A stretch of DNA of 64,000 bases, taken from NCBI GenBank assembly GCA_013265495.1, contig MU058213.1:3968001-4032000 (forward strand), given 5' to 3'. The stretch comes from Vicugna vicugna (Eukaryota). A program made the translations under genes and the position numbers. This document shows, piece by piece, positions 35,901-49,496 of the stretch; the first letter of the stretch is position 1; every line of letters begins with the position of its first letter. A model generated the notes under the pieces. The model saw only the letters and a list, made by a program, of their open reading frames with translations, had not been told where the DNA came from and made no database searches.

Positions 35901-38299
35901 CTAAATTTCCTATAATTCTTGCAGGATGGAAGGGAAGGAGATTCAGTGTTCTCCCTGGTAGAAAAGTCTCTCCCTATTGCAATGTTCACCATAACAGCTC
36001 CAGTTCTATCTTTCTGATATGTCAAGTTTCAGCTTTAAAAAACATTTGTGTACAAATAATCTATTTTACTCTCATTTTACAGATGAGGAAACTAACTTAT
36101 CTCAGATTCACCAAGTAAATTTGATGTGTAGTTCAAAATGAAGTGAAAAAATACAAAGGCAAAATATGACATAGACATACAAAAGAAGTAAGTGAATCAG
36201 TAAAATTGCAGCCAGTCTTGTTCCTAATGAAACATTTTGTTCTCTCACTATATTAATTCATGACAGATACAACTCAGCTTTATGCAAATTTCATAGAAGA
36301 AAAATATGTAGATTTGTCACTTTTCTTATCTCAAATTGAAGCTACATTTGAAAAGGTTAAAAGGCTGCATAATTACACTGTTATTAAATGTCACATGGCC
36401 CTGGTTTTGGGCAGGTTAGGCCAAGTGGCTTTGTGACTCAAGTGTTAATTATTTGCAACCTGCATATGGGAAGCCCCCAAAGATATTATTACTGAAGTAC
36501 CAACCCTTCTCCTGACTTCACTGCTGTTAGTGTGAGCAAAGCCAGAGAAGCTCTGACAATATGTCTTTCCTGTTTATTCAGTGGGTGTAGTGGTATTTCA
36601 GCAATATCCTTGCTTTTCATGTAGGATTGTATATTTTTGAATATATCTCTCATGTAACACTTTGGTAATCCTTTTCATATGCACAGCTCACTTAAAGTGT
36701 ATAATAGCCAACTTGTTATTAACACTTTTTGGCAGGGGGAAGTTAGTGAGAGCTGAATACTAACAAGCAGAGAGAAACAAAGCCACCAGGATTCTGAATT
36801 ATTAATAGAAGTAGAATTTATACCCAGAGAATTTTTGACACGAGATATAGGTACTGAAAGGCCTTATTTTAAAATGGCTTGAGATTCCGAAAGCAAAAAT
36901 GCTCTGAAAACCCCAAGTGAAATGATGGAAACAAGAGAAGAGAATAATGCATATGTATTTTTAAATATTTGGAAAAGTCCACCACTTAACCTTGGTAGAA
37001 AAACTAATCTACGTTGCTACACAGTAATTAGAAGCCATTGAATTTTTGTCATTTACTTATTTATACTTACAGATTATAGGCACTAACTGTGTTCAGTCGG
37101 ATGCGAACCAAACAAGAGTGCTCCTTGCTATAAAGTATAAGGGAAGGTTGCCGTTTTAAATAAATAGAAGAAATGAAACCTCTGCTCTGCTTCTTGCTTG
37201 CCCTCTGTCCCCTTTGTGTTTCTCTCCTGCAGGATGTAGTAGCAAGGGGTGAAGGAGGCTCTGAAATGTTGAGCAGGGCCATAGCCAGACTTTAGGACTG
37301 CCTCAGGATTTCAGTGAAATGGGTGAAGCAGATCATTTTGTTCACTGTCCAGGCCTGCGCACCAGGGTTGTAAAGCAGACAAAGATGGAGTCAGAAGGTT
37401 TAGTCAGGGGTATAGACTATACACTGGGCTGTAGAGTCTTCTGTATTGCATTTCTTAAGAAGTCTGAGAAAAACAGTCTGTGACAAGATGGGCTGCAGGT
37501 CCAAAACCCTAACCTTAGACAATTGTTGCACCTATTAAATTAGTAAAGGTAATTTAAAAAAATTCTAAAACCACGTGTGGGCAGGCAAAGGGGATGTAGG
37601 TACACTCATATGTTGCTGGTAGCACTAAAAATGAGTAAGATTTCAGGACAGTAAATAGAGAGTTACGGGGGGAAAAATCATAAAATTAATCATATTGGCC
37701 AATACTTCCTTATTTAAGTAAAATATGCAATCTTCTGTAACTTTGAAGGACTGGAGTTGCTAACATTATTGAAGATTGAGCTGTCTGAATCATACATCCT
37801 ATATCTTAAGATTCAGGAGAAAGAAAGGGCTGTCTTTCCCTCTCCAACTTGGACGTGGATTGGATATTTTCAGGTCACATGCCCTCCCATCAACAAACCG
37901 GTCACTTGCCCAGAGGAACATAGGACAATGAGAGACTCTCCAGTGAACGTGGACACCGTGAATGACCACATTCCCCAGACTACTCTCCTCCTTATGCATT
38001 CCTGGAAGGAAGGAGGATGATGGCACCAGATGACAGGGGATGGGAAAGTATCCTACACAAATAAAAGTCACCACAATCTAACATTCTAATCATGCCTATC
38101 GCTGTGATAATATTATTCCTGAGATTATATCCCAAGAATTAAGTTGAAGCAGAGATGGGGGAGGGTTTGCGTGATTACTGTACCAACATATCATAGCTGT
38201 GTATGTTTTAACAGAAAAAAAACAATCTGGAAATGGCCCAAATGCTCAAATGCTGAGGAATGGTAAAGGTATTTAGGTGTATTATAGTAATAAGCCTTG

Positions 38300-38420
38300 A
38301 GGGGAGGGCATAGCTCAAGTGGTAAAGCACATGCTTACCATGCAAGAGGATCTGGGTTCAATCCCCAGTACCTCCTCTAAAAATAAATAAATAAACCAAA
38401 TACCTCTCCTCCTAAAAAAT
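38300..38420 (+). mobile_element. tRNA-derived SINE, camelid Vic-1 type
   Basis: GGGGAGGGCATAGCTCAAGTGGTAAAGCACATGCTTACCATGCAAGAGGATCTGGGTTCAATCCCCAGTACCTCCTCTAAAAATAAATAAATAAACC; TSD TAATAAGCCTT / TAATAAGTCTT. Confidence 0.88.
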
Positions 38421-38447
38421 ATCAGCATATAATAATAAGTCTTCTTA

Positions 38448-38568
38448 TATTCAGCAGATTGTACATCTGAAACATGTATAGTTTTACCATACAGGAATCA
38501 TACTATAATAAAGGTGTTAAAATTTTTTTTAAATTCATACTATAATAAAGGTGTTAAAATTTTTTTTA
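38448..38568 (+). mobile_element. Short L1-like 3' tail insertion containing a 37-bp tandem duplication
   Basis: TGTACATCTGAAACATGTATAGTTTTA...AATAAA, flanked by a 17-bp TSD AATAATAAG(T/C)CTTCTTA at 38431-38447 and 38569-38585. Confidence 0.65.
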
Positions 38569-38699
38569 AATAATAAGCCTTCTTACCCAATTCAATTTTT
38601 TGAAGATTGAGAGAACACTTTGTTCACTCTGAATCCTTGGGAATATAAGAAGGGATAAGACATAGTCCCTCCCTACCCTTCAGAGGTCACTATGTGGTG

Positions 38700-38925
38700 T
38701 TACTGATAATAGCAATGAGCATTTTTGAGCACTAACTAGTTGACAGGCAGTGTGTCAAGTGCTGCATTATTATAATCAATCCTCTGAACAATATTTTGAG
38801 ATAGGCATTTTTGTTATATCCATTTTATAGGTGATGAAACTGATTTTAACTTTCCTAAAGTAACATGGTTAATAAATGATGAAACTGGGACTCCAGCCAG
38901 GCCTTCTAACTGCAAAGTTCACACT
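38700..38925 (-). mobile_element. MIR SINE
   Basis: CATTTTTGAGCACTAACTA ... CCATTTTATAGGTGATGAAACTGA core. Confidence 0.75.
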
Positions 38926-38974
38926 GTAATAGAGATTTTAAATAAATTCTGTGTGAACACAGACATAATGACTA

Positions 38975-41790
38975 TTTTTATAGCTTCATTGAGTTATAAT
39001 CTGACATACAATAAGCTGTACATACTTAAGGTGTACAATTTGATAAGCATTGAAATGCACCAGTGAAGCCGTCTGGTCTCTTCTCTTCGATCATAGGTTA
39101 ATGCGCATTTCTAGAATTTTATATGTCTGACTTCTTTAACTCAGCCTAATCATACTAAGATTCATCCACAGTGTTGTATGTATCAGAAGTTCAGTTCTTT
39201 TGACTGCTGAGTAGTATTCCGTTGTTTGGGTATGCCACAATATGTTTATCCATTCACCTACTGCAGGGTATTTCAGTTATTTCCAGTTTTAGGTTATTAC
39301 AAATAAAGCTGCTATGAACAGACATGTATAAGTCTGTATGGACATAACCTTTCATTTCTCTTGGGTAGATTTCTAGGAGTGGAAAGGCTGGATTGTATGG
39401 TAGCTGTATATTTAACACTGTTTCAAGTTAAGCTTTCTAAGATAACTTAAGATTCAAATACAGTTACAAAAATAATACAAGATCCTGTGTATACTCTACT
39501 CAGTTGTCTCCCAATAGTAGCATCTTGCAAAACTATACTATAATATCAAAACCAGGATATTGATATTAATAAAGTCAAAATACAGAATGTTTCTATCACC
39601 ACAAAGACTTCTCCTCTTGTCCTTTTATAGCTACAGCCACATCCCTCCTTAACCAAACACTAATTAGTTCTCCATTTCTAGAATTTGTTTCAAGAGTATT
39701 GTATAAATGGAGTACCACGGTATGTAAATTTTTAGGATTAGTTTTTTTTTTAACTCAGAATAATTCTCTGGAGATGTATCCAGGCTGTTGTGTGTATCAT
39801 TAGTCTGTTCCTTTTTATTGCTGAGTTGTATTCTGTGATATGGATTAACCACAATTTTTGTTTAACCATTCACTCACTGAAGTACATCTATGTTGTTTCC
39901 AGGTTTGGGCTATTACAAAAAAGCTGCTATAAACACTCCATGTTCAGACGTTGATATGAACATAAGTCTTCATTTATCTGGGATAAATGTCCAGGAGTAT
40001 GATTGCATGGTTATATGGTTCTCACTCATTCAGTTTATTAAGACACTACCAAACTGCTTTCTAGAGTGGCTGTACCACATTACACTCCCACCAGCATTGT
40101 ACGTGTGATCCATGTTGCCAGTGTTCAGTGCTATCACCTCTGTTTTATTCTAGCCATTCTGATAGATGATGTAGTCTCACTGTGGTTTTAATTTGCATTT
40201 CCCTAATGGCTAATGATGTTGAACATCTTTGCATGTGCTTTTGTGCCATCTGTACATCCTTGTCAGTGAAATGTTTCTTTATGTGTTTTTCCCATTTTCT
40301 AATTGGATTCGTTTTTTATTGTTGACATTTGAGAGTTCTTTATGCATTTTAGATATTAGTACCTTGTCACATACATAGTTTGCAAATTATTTTTCCCAGT
40401 CTTAGCTTGTCATTTCATCTTCTTAACAGGTTCTTAGAGTTTTGATTTTGATGACATTCAATTTTTCAGTTTTCTTTTATGGATTGTGCTTTTAGTGACA
40501 AATCTAAGAGCCTCTTTGCTGAGTCCTAGATCCTAAAGATTTTCTTCCTTTTCCTAAAAGTTTTATAGTTTTATGTTTTACATTTATGTATGGGATCCAT
40601 TCTGAGTTAACTCTTATATAAGATGTATAACTTAAGTCAAGGTTCATTTTTTTTTAACTTATAGATGTCCATTTGTTCCATTACCATTTGTTTGAAAGGC
40701 TGTCCCTCCTACATTCAATTTCTTTGGCACATTTGTCAAAAGTCAGTTGTGTGTATTTATATGGGTCTATTTCTGGGTTCTCATTTCTGTTCCATTAATC
40801 CATGTGTCTGTCCCTCAATAACACCAATCTATCTTGCTTTAGATATTCTAGTCTCCTTGCCTTTCCATTAAAGTTTTAGAAAACTCTGTCTATATCTGCA
40901 AAAATTCCTGCTGAGGTTTTGGTAGGAACTGTGTTAACCTTGAATATCAATCTAGGGGAGAACTGACTGTGCTGTTCCTTCCAATTCATGAATGTGATAC
41001 GATTCTCCACTTACTTGGATCTTTGGTTTCTTTCATCAGAATTTTGTAATTTTCAGCACTGAAGTCTAATATGTGTTTTGTTAGGTCTCCACCTAAGTAT
41101 TTCCCTTTTGGGGGTTGACTACAAATAGAATTTTATTTTTAATTTTGGTGCCCATGTGTTCATTTTGGGGGCACAAGAATACAATTAATTTTTAAATGTT
41201 TATCTTATATCCTGCAACCTTGGTAAACTCACTGGTTATCCTTTGAAGTTTTTTAGTAAATTATTTGCAATTTTTTTTCTGTAAAAATGAACAGTTTTAT
41301 TTCTCCCTTTTTGATCTAAACACCTGTTATTTCCTTTTCTTGCCTTATTGCAGTGGCTAGAATTTCCAGCACTATGTTGAATAAGAGTGGAGAGAGTTAG
41401 ATACCCTTGCCTTGTTTCTGACTTTAGGGAAAAGCATTCACTCTTTCACCGTTAAGTGTAATGGTAACTGCAGGGGTTTGCAGATTCTCTTTATCAGGTG
41501 GAGGAAGTTCCTCTCACTTCCTATTTTTCTGAAAGTTTTTATTATGAATGGTTGTTAAATTTTGTCAAAAGCCTCTTTAGCTTGTTAATGTGCTGAATTG
41601 TACTGATTAATTTTTGAGTGTTGAACCAGCCATGTATCCTCAGAATAAACCCCACTTGATCATTGTGTGTAATTCTTTTTAAATATGGCTGAAATTTATT
41701 TGTTAATATTAGAGATTTGTGCATCTATATTCATGAGGGAAACTGATTTTTTTGTACTATCTCTGATTTTTGTGTCAGATAATGGTTTAA
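38975..41790 (-). mobile_element. Nested old L1 elements (L1MC/L1MB-like) 3'UTR and ORF2
   Basis: Two antisense L1 3' ends (38975 and about 39425, the latter L1MC1-like: TAAGATTCAAATACAGTTACAAAAATAATACAAGATCC) followed by antisense ORF2. Confidence 0.85.
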
Positions 41791-41807
41791 GAAAATAAGT
41801 GTTCCCT

Positions 41808-42745
41808 CAGACTGGTAGAAAATATTTGTGTAATACATTTTTGATACATTTGAGGCATGAACACATTTCATAAAGAACTTAAATCGAATATATAAAGGAA
41901 TCACAATTCAATAGTAAGGCAAACAATCCATACTCATACAAAACAAAGTATGAGCAAAAGGTGTTCAGAGATGATTTATGAAGGCAGAGATACGGATGGC
42001 AAATAAGTACATGAAAAGATTCACAATATCATTGGTCACTATGCAAATACAAATTAAAATCACAGTAAAATACGACTAAAGATCCACTAGAACGGCTTAA
42101 TTGAAAAGACTGGCAATACCAAGCATTAGTGAGGATATGGAGTAATTAGAATGCTCATAAATTTCTGGTGGGAATGCAAAATGTAAAACCACTCTGGAAA
42201 ACAGTATGGCTATACCTTACAGAGCTAAACACATGTCTACCATACAACCCTGTAATCCCACTTCTGGATATTTACCAGTGAAGCCTGAAAGCACATATTC
42301 ATGATAATGATTGTATTTCTATTTTATTTTACTCATAATTCCCCCAAACGGGATTCAAATGCCCAAGTGACAAATGGATAAACAAACTGTGGCACACTCA
42401 TTCAATGGAATACTAATCAGCAATGAAAAGGAATAAATTAGTACATACCACAACAGTTAAAAGCACTATGATAAATGAAAGATCTGGATACAAAAGGTGA
42501 CACTATTTATGTGTACAAAAGTACAAAAGGTAAAACTATATAGGGCCAGAAAACATACTAATTGTTGCCAAGGTCTAGGGATGAAGAAGAGGGCTTTACT
42601 TCAAGGAGGGAAGAGGGAACTTTGGAGGATGATGAAAACAGAAATTTTGATTGTAATGATGGTTACATGACTGTGTGTTTGTCAAAACTCATCAAATCAT
42701 ACACTTTAAAATAATAAATCTTATTGTATGTAAATTATACCTCAG
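41808..42745 (+). mobile_element. Old L1 (L1MD/L1ME-like) ORF2 end and 3'UTR
   Basis: CAGACTGGTAGAAAATATTTG ... GTCAAAACTCATCAAATCATACACTTTAAA..TTATTGTATGTAAATTATACCTCA. Confidence 0.85.
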
Positions 42746-42749
42746 TCAA

Positions 42750-43480
42750 CCTGACAAGAATTGTTTATGTAGCCAATTTTTGCTGTAGCAGTTACAACTG
42801 ATTTTAATTTGCACCCCCGGGATATGAGAGCACCTGTACCTCTACATCCTGCTAGCAGGGGTAATATTAAACAAACTTTTAAACCTTTTATAAGCTTATA
42901 AGTTAGAAAATAGTATATCATTGCTTTTTTTACTTGCACGTCTAAAATATATGCTGGATAAGCACTTATTTTCACTCTTAGTATTTTTTATATATGAAAT
43001 GACTTTTCATATAATTTCCCATATTTCCATTGGTGGTGATCCTCTTTTCCTACAGACTTATAAAAACTCAACGTAGATTTTTAAATGGCACTTTGCAATT
43101 TATAGTCAAATGTTTCTGTCAATATGTTGATTTTAAATTTACTATAGATAGTTTTCATGGAAACGTCACTAATTTTTAGATAGTCAGATTTACTTATTCT
43201 TTTCCTTTGTATAATCCTGGTTTTACATCATACTAGGAAAGGCCATCCCTACTCTTAAACTGTGTGTAGTAATCTATGCTTCTACTTCTAGTACTTTATG
43301 GAGTCATTTGTATTATCAGATTTTGCTTTATGTAGAATTATCTTGGTATAAGTTGTCTGAAAATGACTTATTTGAAGAATCTAGTTTTTTCCCACTAATG
43401 CTACCTTTGTTATATACTAAATTCCCATTTACTGGAGTTTACTTATGGATTGCATTCTGTTTCATTAGCCTTTCTAGTCA
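42750..43480 (-). mobile_element. Very old L1 ORF2 fragment
   Basis: Degenerate antisense L1 (GATATGAGAGCACCTGTACCTCTACATCCT; CATTGCTTTTTTTACTTGCA). Confidence 0.6.
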
Positions 43481-44289
43481 TATGTAATATTATTTTTAAG
43501 TGTTGATGATATTCACAATCTTTCCCTGAGAAGTGAGTGTGCATCTGTCTTCTATCTGCATCTTATCACGAGAAAGATAAGTAACTGCTCAGCTTAGTAT
43601 TTTAATAAACCCAATGCAAAGTATCAGTCTTTCAAATACACTATTTAATATCTATTACTGAGTATTACATTTATATTAGGTCAAAATAATAACTCTAAAA
43701 GTACAAATGTAATAACAAAGGATACTTAGAAAATTTTAATCTTTTAGCACAAGTGAAATGAACTTACAGTACTATATTTAGTTATCCTATTTAAGACCTC
43801 TAACATAACAAAATCTTTTTGTAGGCTTATGGCCTCCTCCAAGGAATGATTGCTAATTATGTTTAGTTCAGCAAACAGTGATTTTCTGATTGCACTGCAG
43901 ATCTAGCTCATTAGGACTGAGCCAGAATGAGCTTGCACATTTTGAATTAGACTACAGAAGGATACAAGTAGTAAATGAATCTTGGCACCATTTCCAGATT
44001 GGCATGTGAAACCCCAAAAGACACTCTTTGTCCATAGTCATTCCTTCAAATACTGAAGAATTAATAATGCTTCTGTTCTAAATGAATATGTTAAAATTGG
44101 AAGACTGGAGAACAAGTCTTTTTTTAGTGACAAGGTCAGTAAACATGAATCGTCATTTGTCTACAGATCCAGCAGAGTGTAAGAGTTTTCCATGGCCTTC
44201 CCAGCCTGGGTTCAAATGGGGTCATGGTCACAGCAAAAGCCTTCAGCCCTCATCCTTTCTGTGTCATAATATTTTAGATGAGTTCTTTG

Positions 44290-46240
44290 TGAAAATATAT
44301 AGCTAGATTGTATTTTGAAATCCTATTCGACAATCTTTGTGTTTCAAAAGACCAGTTTAATCCATTTTCATTTATCATGATCACTTACATATTTGGTTTA
44401 ATTCCTACCATACTGTATTGTGTTTTCTACTTTCTGGGCTTTTTATTTGTTCCTTCTCCTACTTTGCTCATTTACTTTTATTTTTATTATTTTGATCAAT
44501 TGAATTTTCTTTACTCATTCCCTTCCCTGCCCATGGGTTTAAGGGATTGTTCCTGACTGAAAACCTAAAATTAGTTAATATTTATTCCATCTTAAAATGT
44601 AAGGACTCTGATTACAACTAGCTGCTCCCGCCCATGTTAATTTCTAGTGTTTCTCAGCTTCACCTTAGTCTTTCCAGTTCTGTAATGGTGAGTCTTCATT
44701 ATCTTTTCTTTTTCTTTTTAATATTACCAACTATTAATTTGATTTACCCACATTGTTTTGTGCACATTATTCTTACAGCCTACACTTTTCTCTGGTTTAT
44801 GTTTCCGAAAGTATATACTTCTATAAATCTTTCTTTAAGGATCTGAGTGCGATAAACTTAAGTCTTTGCTTGTTTAGAAAGGATTTTATTTTTTCTTTAT
44901 TCTTGCAGATAATTCATCTAAATATAGATTTAGAGACTGAGAGTTATTTTTCCTCAACATTTTAAAATTATTATCCTATCATCTGATGACTGTCGACATA
45001 AGTCTTCAATCAGTTGAATTTTTTCCATTATAAATACACTGTCTTTTTCTCTTTGATGTCTTCTAAAATTTTCTGTCTGTCTTTGATATTCTGTGCTTTG
45101 ATGACAATGTGTCTACATTGTTGTCAAAATTCTGCATTTCATTTGATTTATCCAACAGAGGACTTGGTATAACTTCAGTCTGAAGACTTATATCTTTTCT
45201 TTTTGTGTGTGTGTCTTTTCTTCAAGTCAAGACATTTTGCAGGTTTTTCTCCTCAAATGTTGATCCTTCTCTAATCTTTCCCTGTAGAACTATTTTGAGA
45301 TGTATGTTTGACCTGATAATTATACCATTCATGTCTTATAGCCTCTCTTTTTTGTTTTCTATTTCTTTAACCTGCACTTGTGTAATATTCTGAGATCTAT
45401 TTTCCAGGTCACTAATTCTCTTTCTCACTATTTAAACATATACTGAGTTTTAACTTCCAATGATTATAATGACTATATTGATTTATAAAAATATACTTGG
45501 TTTGTTTAAATATTTGCCTCTTTTATTCACAGCAGCTTATTTATCAATGTGATTTCTATTACTTCTTTAATCTCTTTGGTCTTTTAAACAAATTTGTTGT
45601 GTAGACTTCATGAGATTATTCTGTTACCTCAAGTTCTTAGCTTATAGTTCTCTAGTTTATTATGTTTGGTGACTCTTCCTTATGCCATATCACCTGATGC
45701 TGTTTGTAAATTTTTAATGCTATCTTAACTTTAATGGGGGCTTGCTTTATACATACGAGTTAATAATAGATTCTGGGGTGTGGAAAGCTATCTATGGAGC
45801 AGTTTTGTGGTTTCTTTTTTCCCCTGCCTGAAGGATGCCACCAATTATTGCAATAGTTACTGATAATTTTTAAATTAACGTCTTATACGTGGGGTAGAAT
45901 AAATTCAGATCCTCTATACCATTCCCCAAGTGAGACCGCTGGTGGAATGGTCTCAAGGATTTAATTTTAAAGACCACCCTCTTCTGCCTCCACTTCACAA
46001 AATCAGGCAGAGGGCCAGCAACTTTTGCGTCTTCTCAAAATTTCATGGGTGAAGTTTTTCTAGCCTTCTTTTCATAGAAATACAAAATATAATTCCCTTT
46101 TGGGGGATCCTAGATTTATTCAAGGGGCTCAGTTCCCATTCCTTATTTGGGCCCAGGGCTATATCCAAAGTTAGCCAAGCCACTATAAAAACATTAAAAC
46201 CCCAATCCCTAATTATTAGGCCTGATTAGGACTTCCCCTC
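44290..46240 (-). mobile_element. HAL1/L1ME-like ORF1-region fragment
   Basis: T-rich antisense ORF1-type sequence (GATTTTATTTTTTCTTTATTCTTG; GAGTTATTTTTCCTCAACATTTTAAAATT; TTTCCAGGTCACTAATTCTCTTT). Confidence 0.6.
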
Positions 46241-46454
46241 CGGTTATAGAGGAGTAGGTAATTTGAATCAATCCTCCTGTTGAACACAACTTAAAAAGTG
46301 GTAGACTAGAACAATCATATTCTTAGAAGCATCTAAAAAATGTACCACATATTGAAATATTGGCACTACATCCAGAGTAGAGGATAACAATTCAGAGATT
46401 TGCTTTTGCCCAGGGAACATTTGCTGATTCAGAAAAGGTTGCTGAGAAAGAGTT

Positions 46455-46651
46455 CTTTCTCGTTCTACCTTTTATTCTATGCAGGCCTTCAGAGGATTGG
46501 GTGGGGGAGGGGGCACCTGCTTTACTCAATCTATTCATCAAATGTTAATCTCATCTAGGAACATCCTCACAGACACACCCAGCAATAATGTTTATCCAAA
46601 TATCTGGGCACCGTGGCCCAGTCAACATGACACATAAAATTAACCAACACA
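46455..46651 (-). mobile_element. ERVL LTR fragment (MLT2), 5' end
   Basis: Reverse complement begins TGTGTTGGTTAATTTTATGTGTCATGTTGACTGGGCCACGGTGCCCAGATATTTGG. Confidence 0.85.
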
Positions 46652-47559
46652 ATTGGTTCTTACCTGTAGCCCAGTTTGAGAAGCACTGCTCTGGGGTACT
46701 GTGAAGAATTAGATTTGAAGCCTGAAACTTTCTTCAAGGAGTTAACAGTCATCTCAATGGTCAGGTGCTTCTCACAATAAGTAGGAGGACAAGTTTAGAG
46801 AATGGTCAGCTTGGGATGGAGAAATTGGAAGAAATGATATTCTAACAAAGCTTTGCTTTAGGTAGATCTAGAAACCTATTCACTTTTATTTTCATATCCC
46901 CATACAAGAGAGGAAAATTCTAAACATGGGATTTTGATCTCTTTCTTTTAAGCAACAAACTGCTTCAGAATTCTAACGCAGGTTTGTTGCATTGAACAAG
47001 AAAGATGACTTTAATTTTCTAGCATAATTTGAAAACTTGCCATTCAATTACTAAATATTTTAAAACTTTTCAGTATGTTCCCTCTTGTATTCTTATAAAC
47101 CTTTTATGAGTTGGGGGAAAATCACTGTAGCATTCATGAATAAGTAAGCACAAAGAGTGCACTGGTGCAAATTCAATAATCCTCCCTATTTTGTTTTGTC
47201 ATTTGGCAGCAAGAATATACTTAACATCTAAACATAATCAGCATTGAATTTGTGATGTTTTATTCTAAAGCTCTAAATTTAAAAATAGAGAATTCGAATC
47301 TATTTGTCTTCTTATAGTATATTTAGTCATCAGAGGCAACTGTTGAGTGTGAATCCTGTTTCCTATCGGCAAAGTGTGGACCCATTCTCCATTTGGTGAA
47401 GCATCTTTGTCACAGCAACTGAGGAAAAGTGCATGAAGAAATGAGAAAACCCGGTGATGCATTCTTATCTTAATCAAAGGCCGATTTCTGACTACTTTCA
47501 GGTTATAACCAAGCTGGGCTCAGGGCTAACCACCGCTAGCAGAACAGAAAACCACCTCA

Positions 47560-47780
47560 GAACAGGCTTAGATCACCTGAATCCCAAACTCCATTTTCCT
47601 CTTCGGTAGGACTTAGCTAACTTTGGAAATGTTATCAAAGCTCTCCAAGTCTCTTTTTATTAATTTATACAAAAGAAAATGACAGTATATACCTCATAGA
47701 GTTGTCATACTATTCAATGACATAACCTATTTAAAATCAATAGCACATCTTTAGAGATACACTGAGTAGGTGATGGTCCC
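47560..47780 (+). mobile_element. MIR SINE
   Basis: CCTGAATCCCAAACTCCA..ACTTAGCTAACTTTGG...ATACCTCATAGAGTTGT. Confidence 0.55.
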
Positions 47781-48430
47781 TTCCATCTCTCTTCCAGTTT
47801 TCTACCACCTTGACTCGTCCCCAGGTAGAATGTACCTGGGCTTCTCTTGTTGTCTAACCCCCAATTTGGATAATGCCATGTAATGTTGTGAGGCTGAAGT
47901 TGATCTAAAATGGGAGGAAGAAAATAGTCCATGTCAAATACCAATATTTGATGGAAATGAAACTAAGGGGCACGGTAAGTCCAGATAAAGAGAATCACAG
48001 TAATGTGAGCCTACCAAGATGTCTGTTGCTTGAATTGAACTGTTGCTATCAGTCCAAGACATGCTGGAAGAGAGAAAAAGGGTTTCTTCCATAAGTAATC
48101 AAAGTTAGTTTGCAAATACTCTTAGAGGCAGGGGTTTAACTCCTTGAATGTGTTCCAATTTGAAGATTATACCTGCTCCCTATAGCCTTCTACAGCTATC
48201 AGGTTTTTCTAATGTCAGCCTATCCTTTGCACATTGGCACTTGAATATTAGCTCCTTTAAATAAAATTAAGAAATAAACAAAAATCCATATAAGAGCTTA
48301 AATGTACAATTTTGCCTAATTCCAAAATTCCATTAATATTATAGTAAAGGGGTAAAATGACAATAACTGGGTATACCCCTTCCTCATCAACACCCCATCT
48401 TACATCTCCAAAGGTACCTACTGCACTGAC

Positions 48431-49494
48431 TTTTAAAAAAAATTATGGTAAGGCATATATAACAACATTTACCATCTTTACCATTTTTAAGTGTACAGTA
48501 CAGTAGTGTTATGTACATTCACCCTGTTGAGTAACCCATCTCTAGAACACTTTTCACCTTGCAAAACTGAAACACTGAACCCAGTAGCTAATAACATTAC
48601 CCCCTCCGTCCAGCCCCTGGCAACCACCATTCTACTTTCTGTCTCTTGATTTTGACCAGTCTAAGTACTTCATATAAGAGAAATCATACTGCATTTGTCT
48701 TTTTGTAACCACCTTATTTCACTTAGCATAATACCCTTAAAGGTCATCCATGTTGTAGCATTTACCAGAGTTTTATTCCTTTTTAAGAGTGAATAATATT
48801 CCATTGTATGTGTATACCATATTTTGCTTATCCATTCACTCATCAATGGATACTTGGCTTGCTTCAACCCTTTGGCTATTATGAATAATGAGCTATAAAC
48901 TTGGGTGTACAGAATCTCTTTAAGACGTGCTTTCAATTATTTTGGGTATATTTCCAGATATGGAATTGCTGGATCATATGAAGCCTATTTTTAATTGTTT
49001 GAGGATACACCAAACTGTTTCCCACAGTAGCTGTACCATTTAACATTCCCATCAACAATCCACAAGCATTTTAACTTCTCTACAACCTTGCCAACACTTG
49101 TCAGTTCTGTTTGGTGGACAGCAGGTATCCCAATAGACGTCCAGTGGTGTTGCATTGTAGTTTTGAGTTGATTTCCCTAATTATTTGTGATGTTGAGCAA
49201 CTTTTATGTGTTTCTTGGTAATTTTTTATCTTCTCTGGAGAAATGTCTACTCAAGTCCTTTGCCCATTTTTGAAGTGGGTTTTTTATTTTTGTTATTATT
49301 GTTGAGTTGCAGGAATTCTTTATACATTCTTGATATTTATCCTTTATCAGATATATGACTTGTAAATATTTTCTTCCATTTGGTGGGTTATCTTTTTTGC
49401 AGTGTTGACAGTGTTTTCGGATGAACAAAATATTAAAAACTTGATATAGTCCTCTTTGTCTATTTTTTCTGTTGCCTGTGTCTTTAATGTCATT
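48431..49494 (-). mobile_element. L1MB-like 3' portion
   Basis: Antisense 3'UTR AACATTTACCATCTTTACCATTTTTAAGTGTACAGT...TTGCAAAACTGAAAC, then ORF2 end. Confidence 0.88.
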
Positions 49495-49496
49495 GA

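Noticed and set aside
37180..37330. Plus-strand coding exon after a long polypyrimidine tract and CAG acceptor (37232)
   Set aside because: All three frames stop within about 65 nt and the donor is weak; a non-coding exon cannot be excluded.
38300..38375. tRNA gene (also at 9841 and 11690)
   Set aside because: The A/B-box head runs into a SINE-specific tail, A-rich end and TSD; these are tRNA-derived SINE copies.
43895..43940. Hairpin AGCTCATT-N13-AATGAGCT
   Set aside because: An 8-bp stem is expected by chance in 64 kb.
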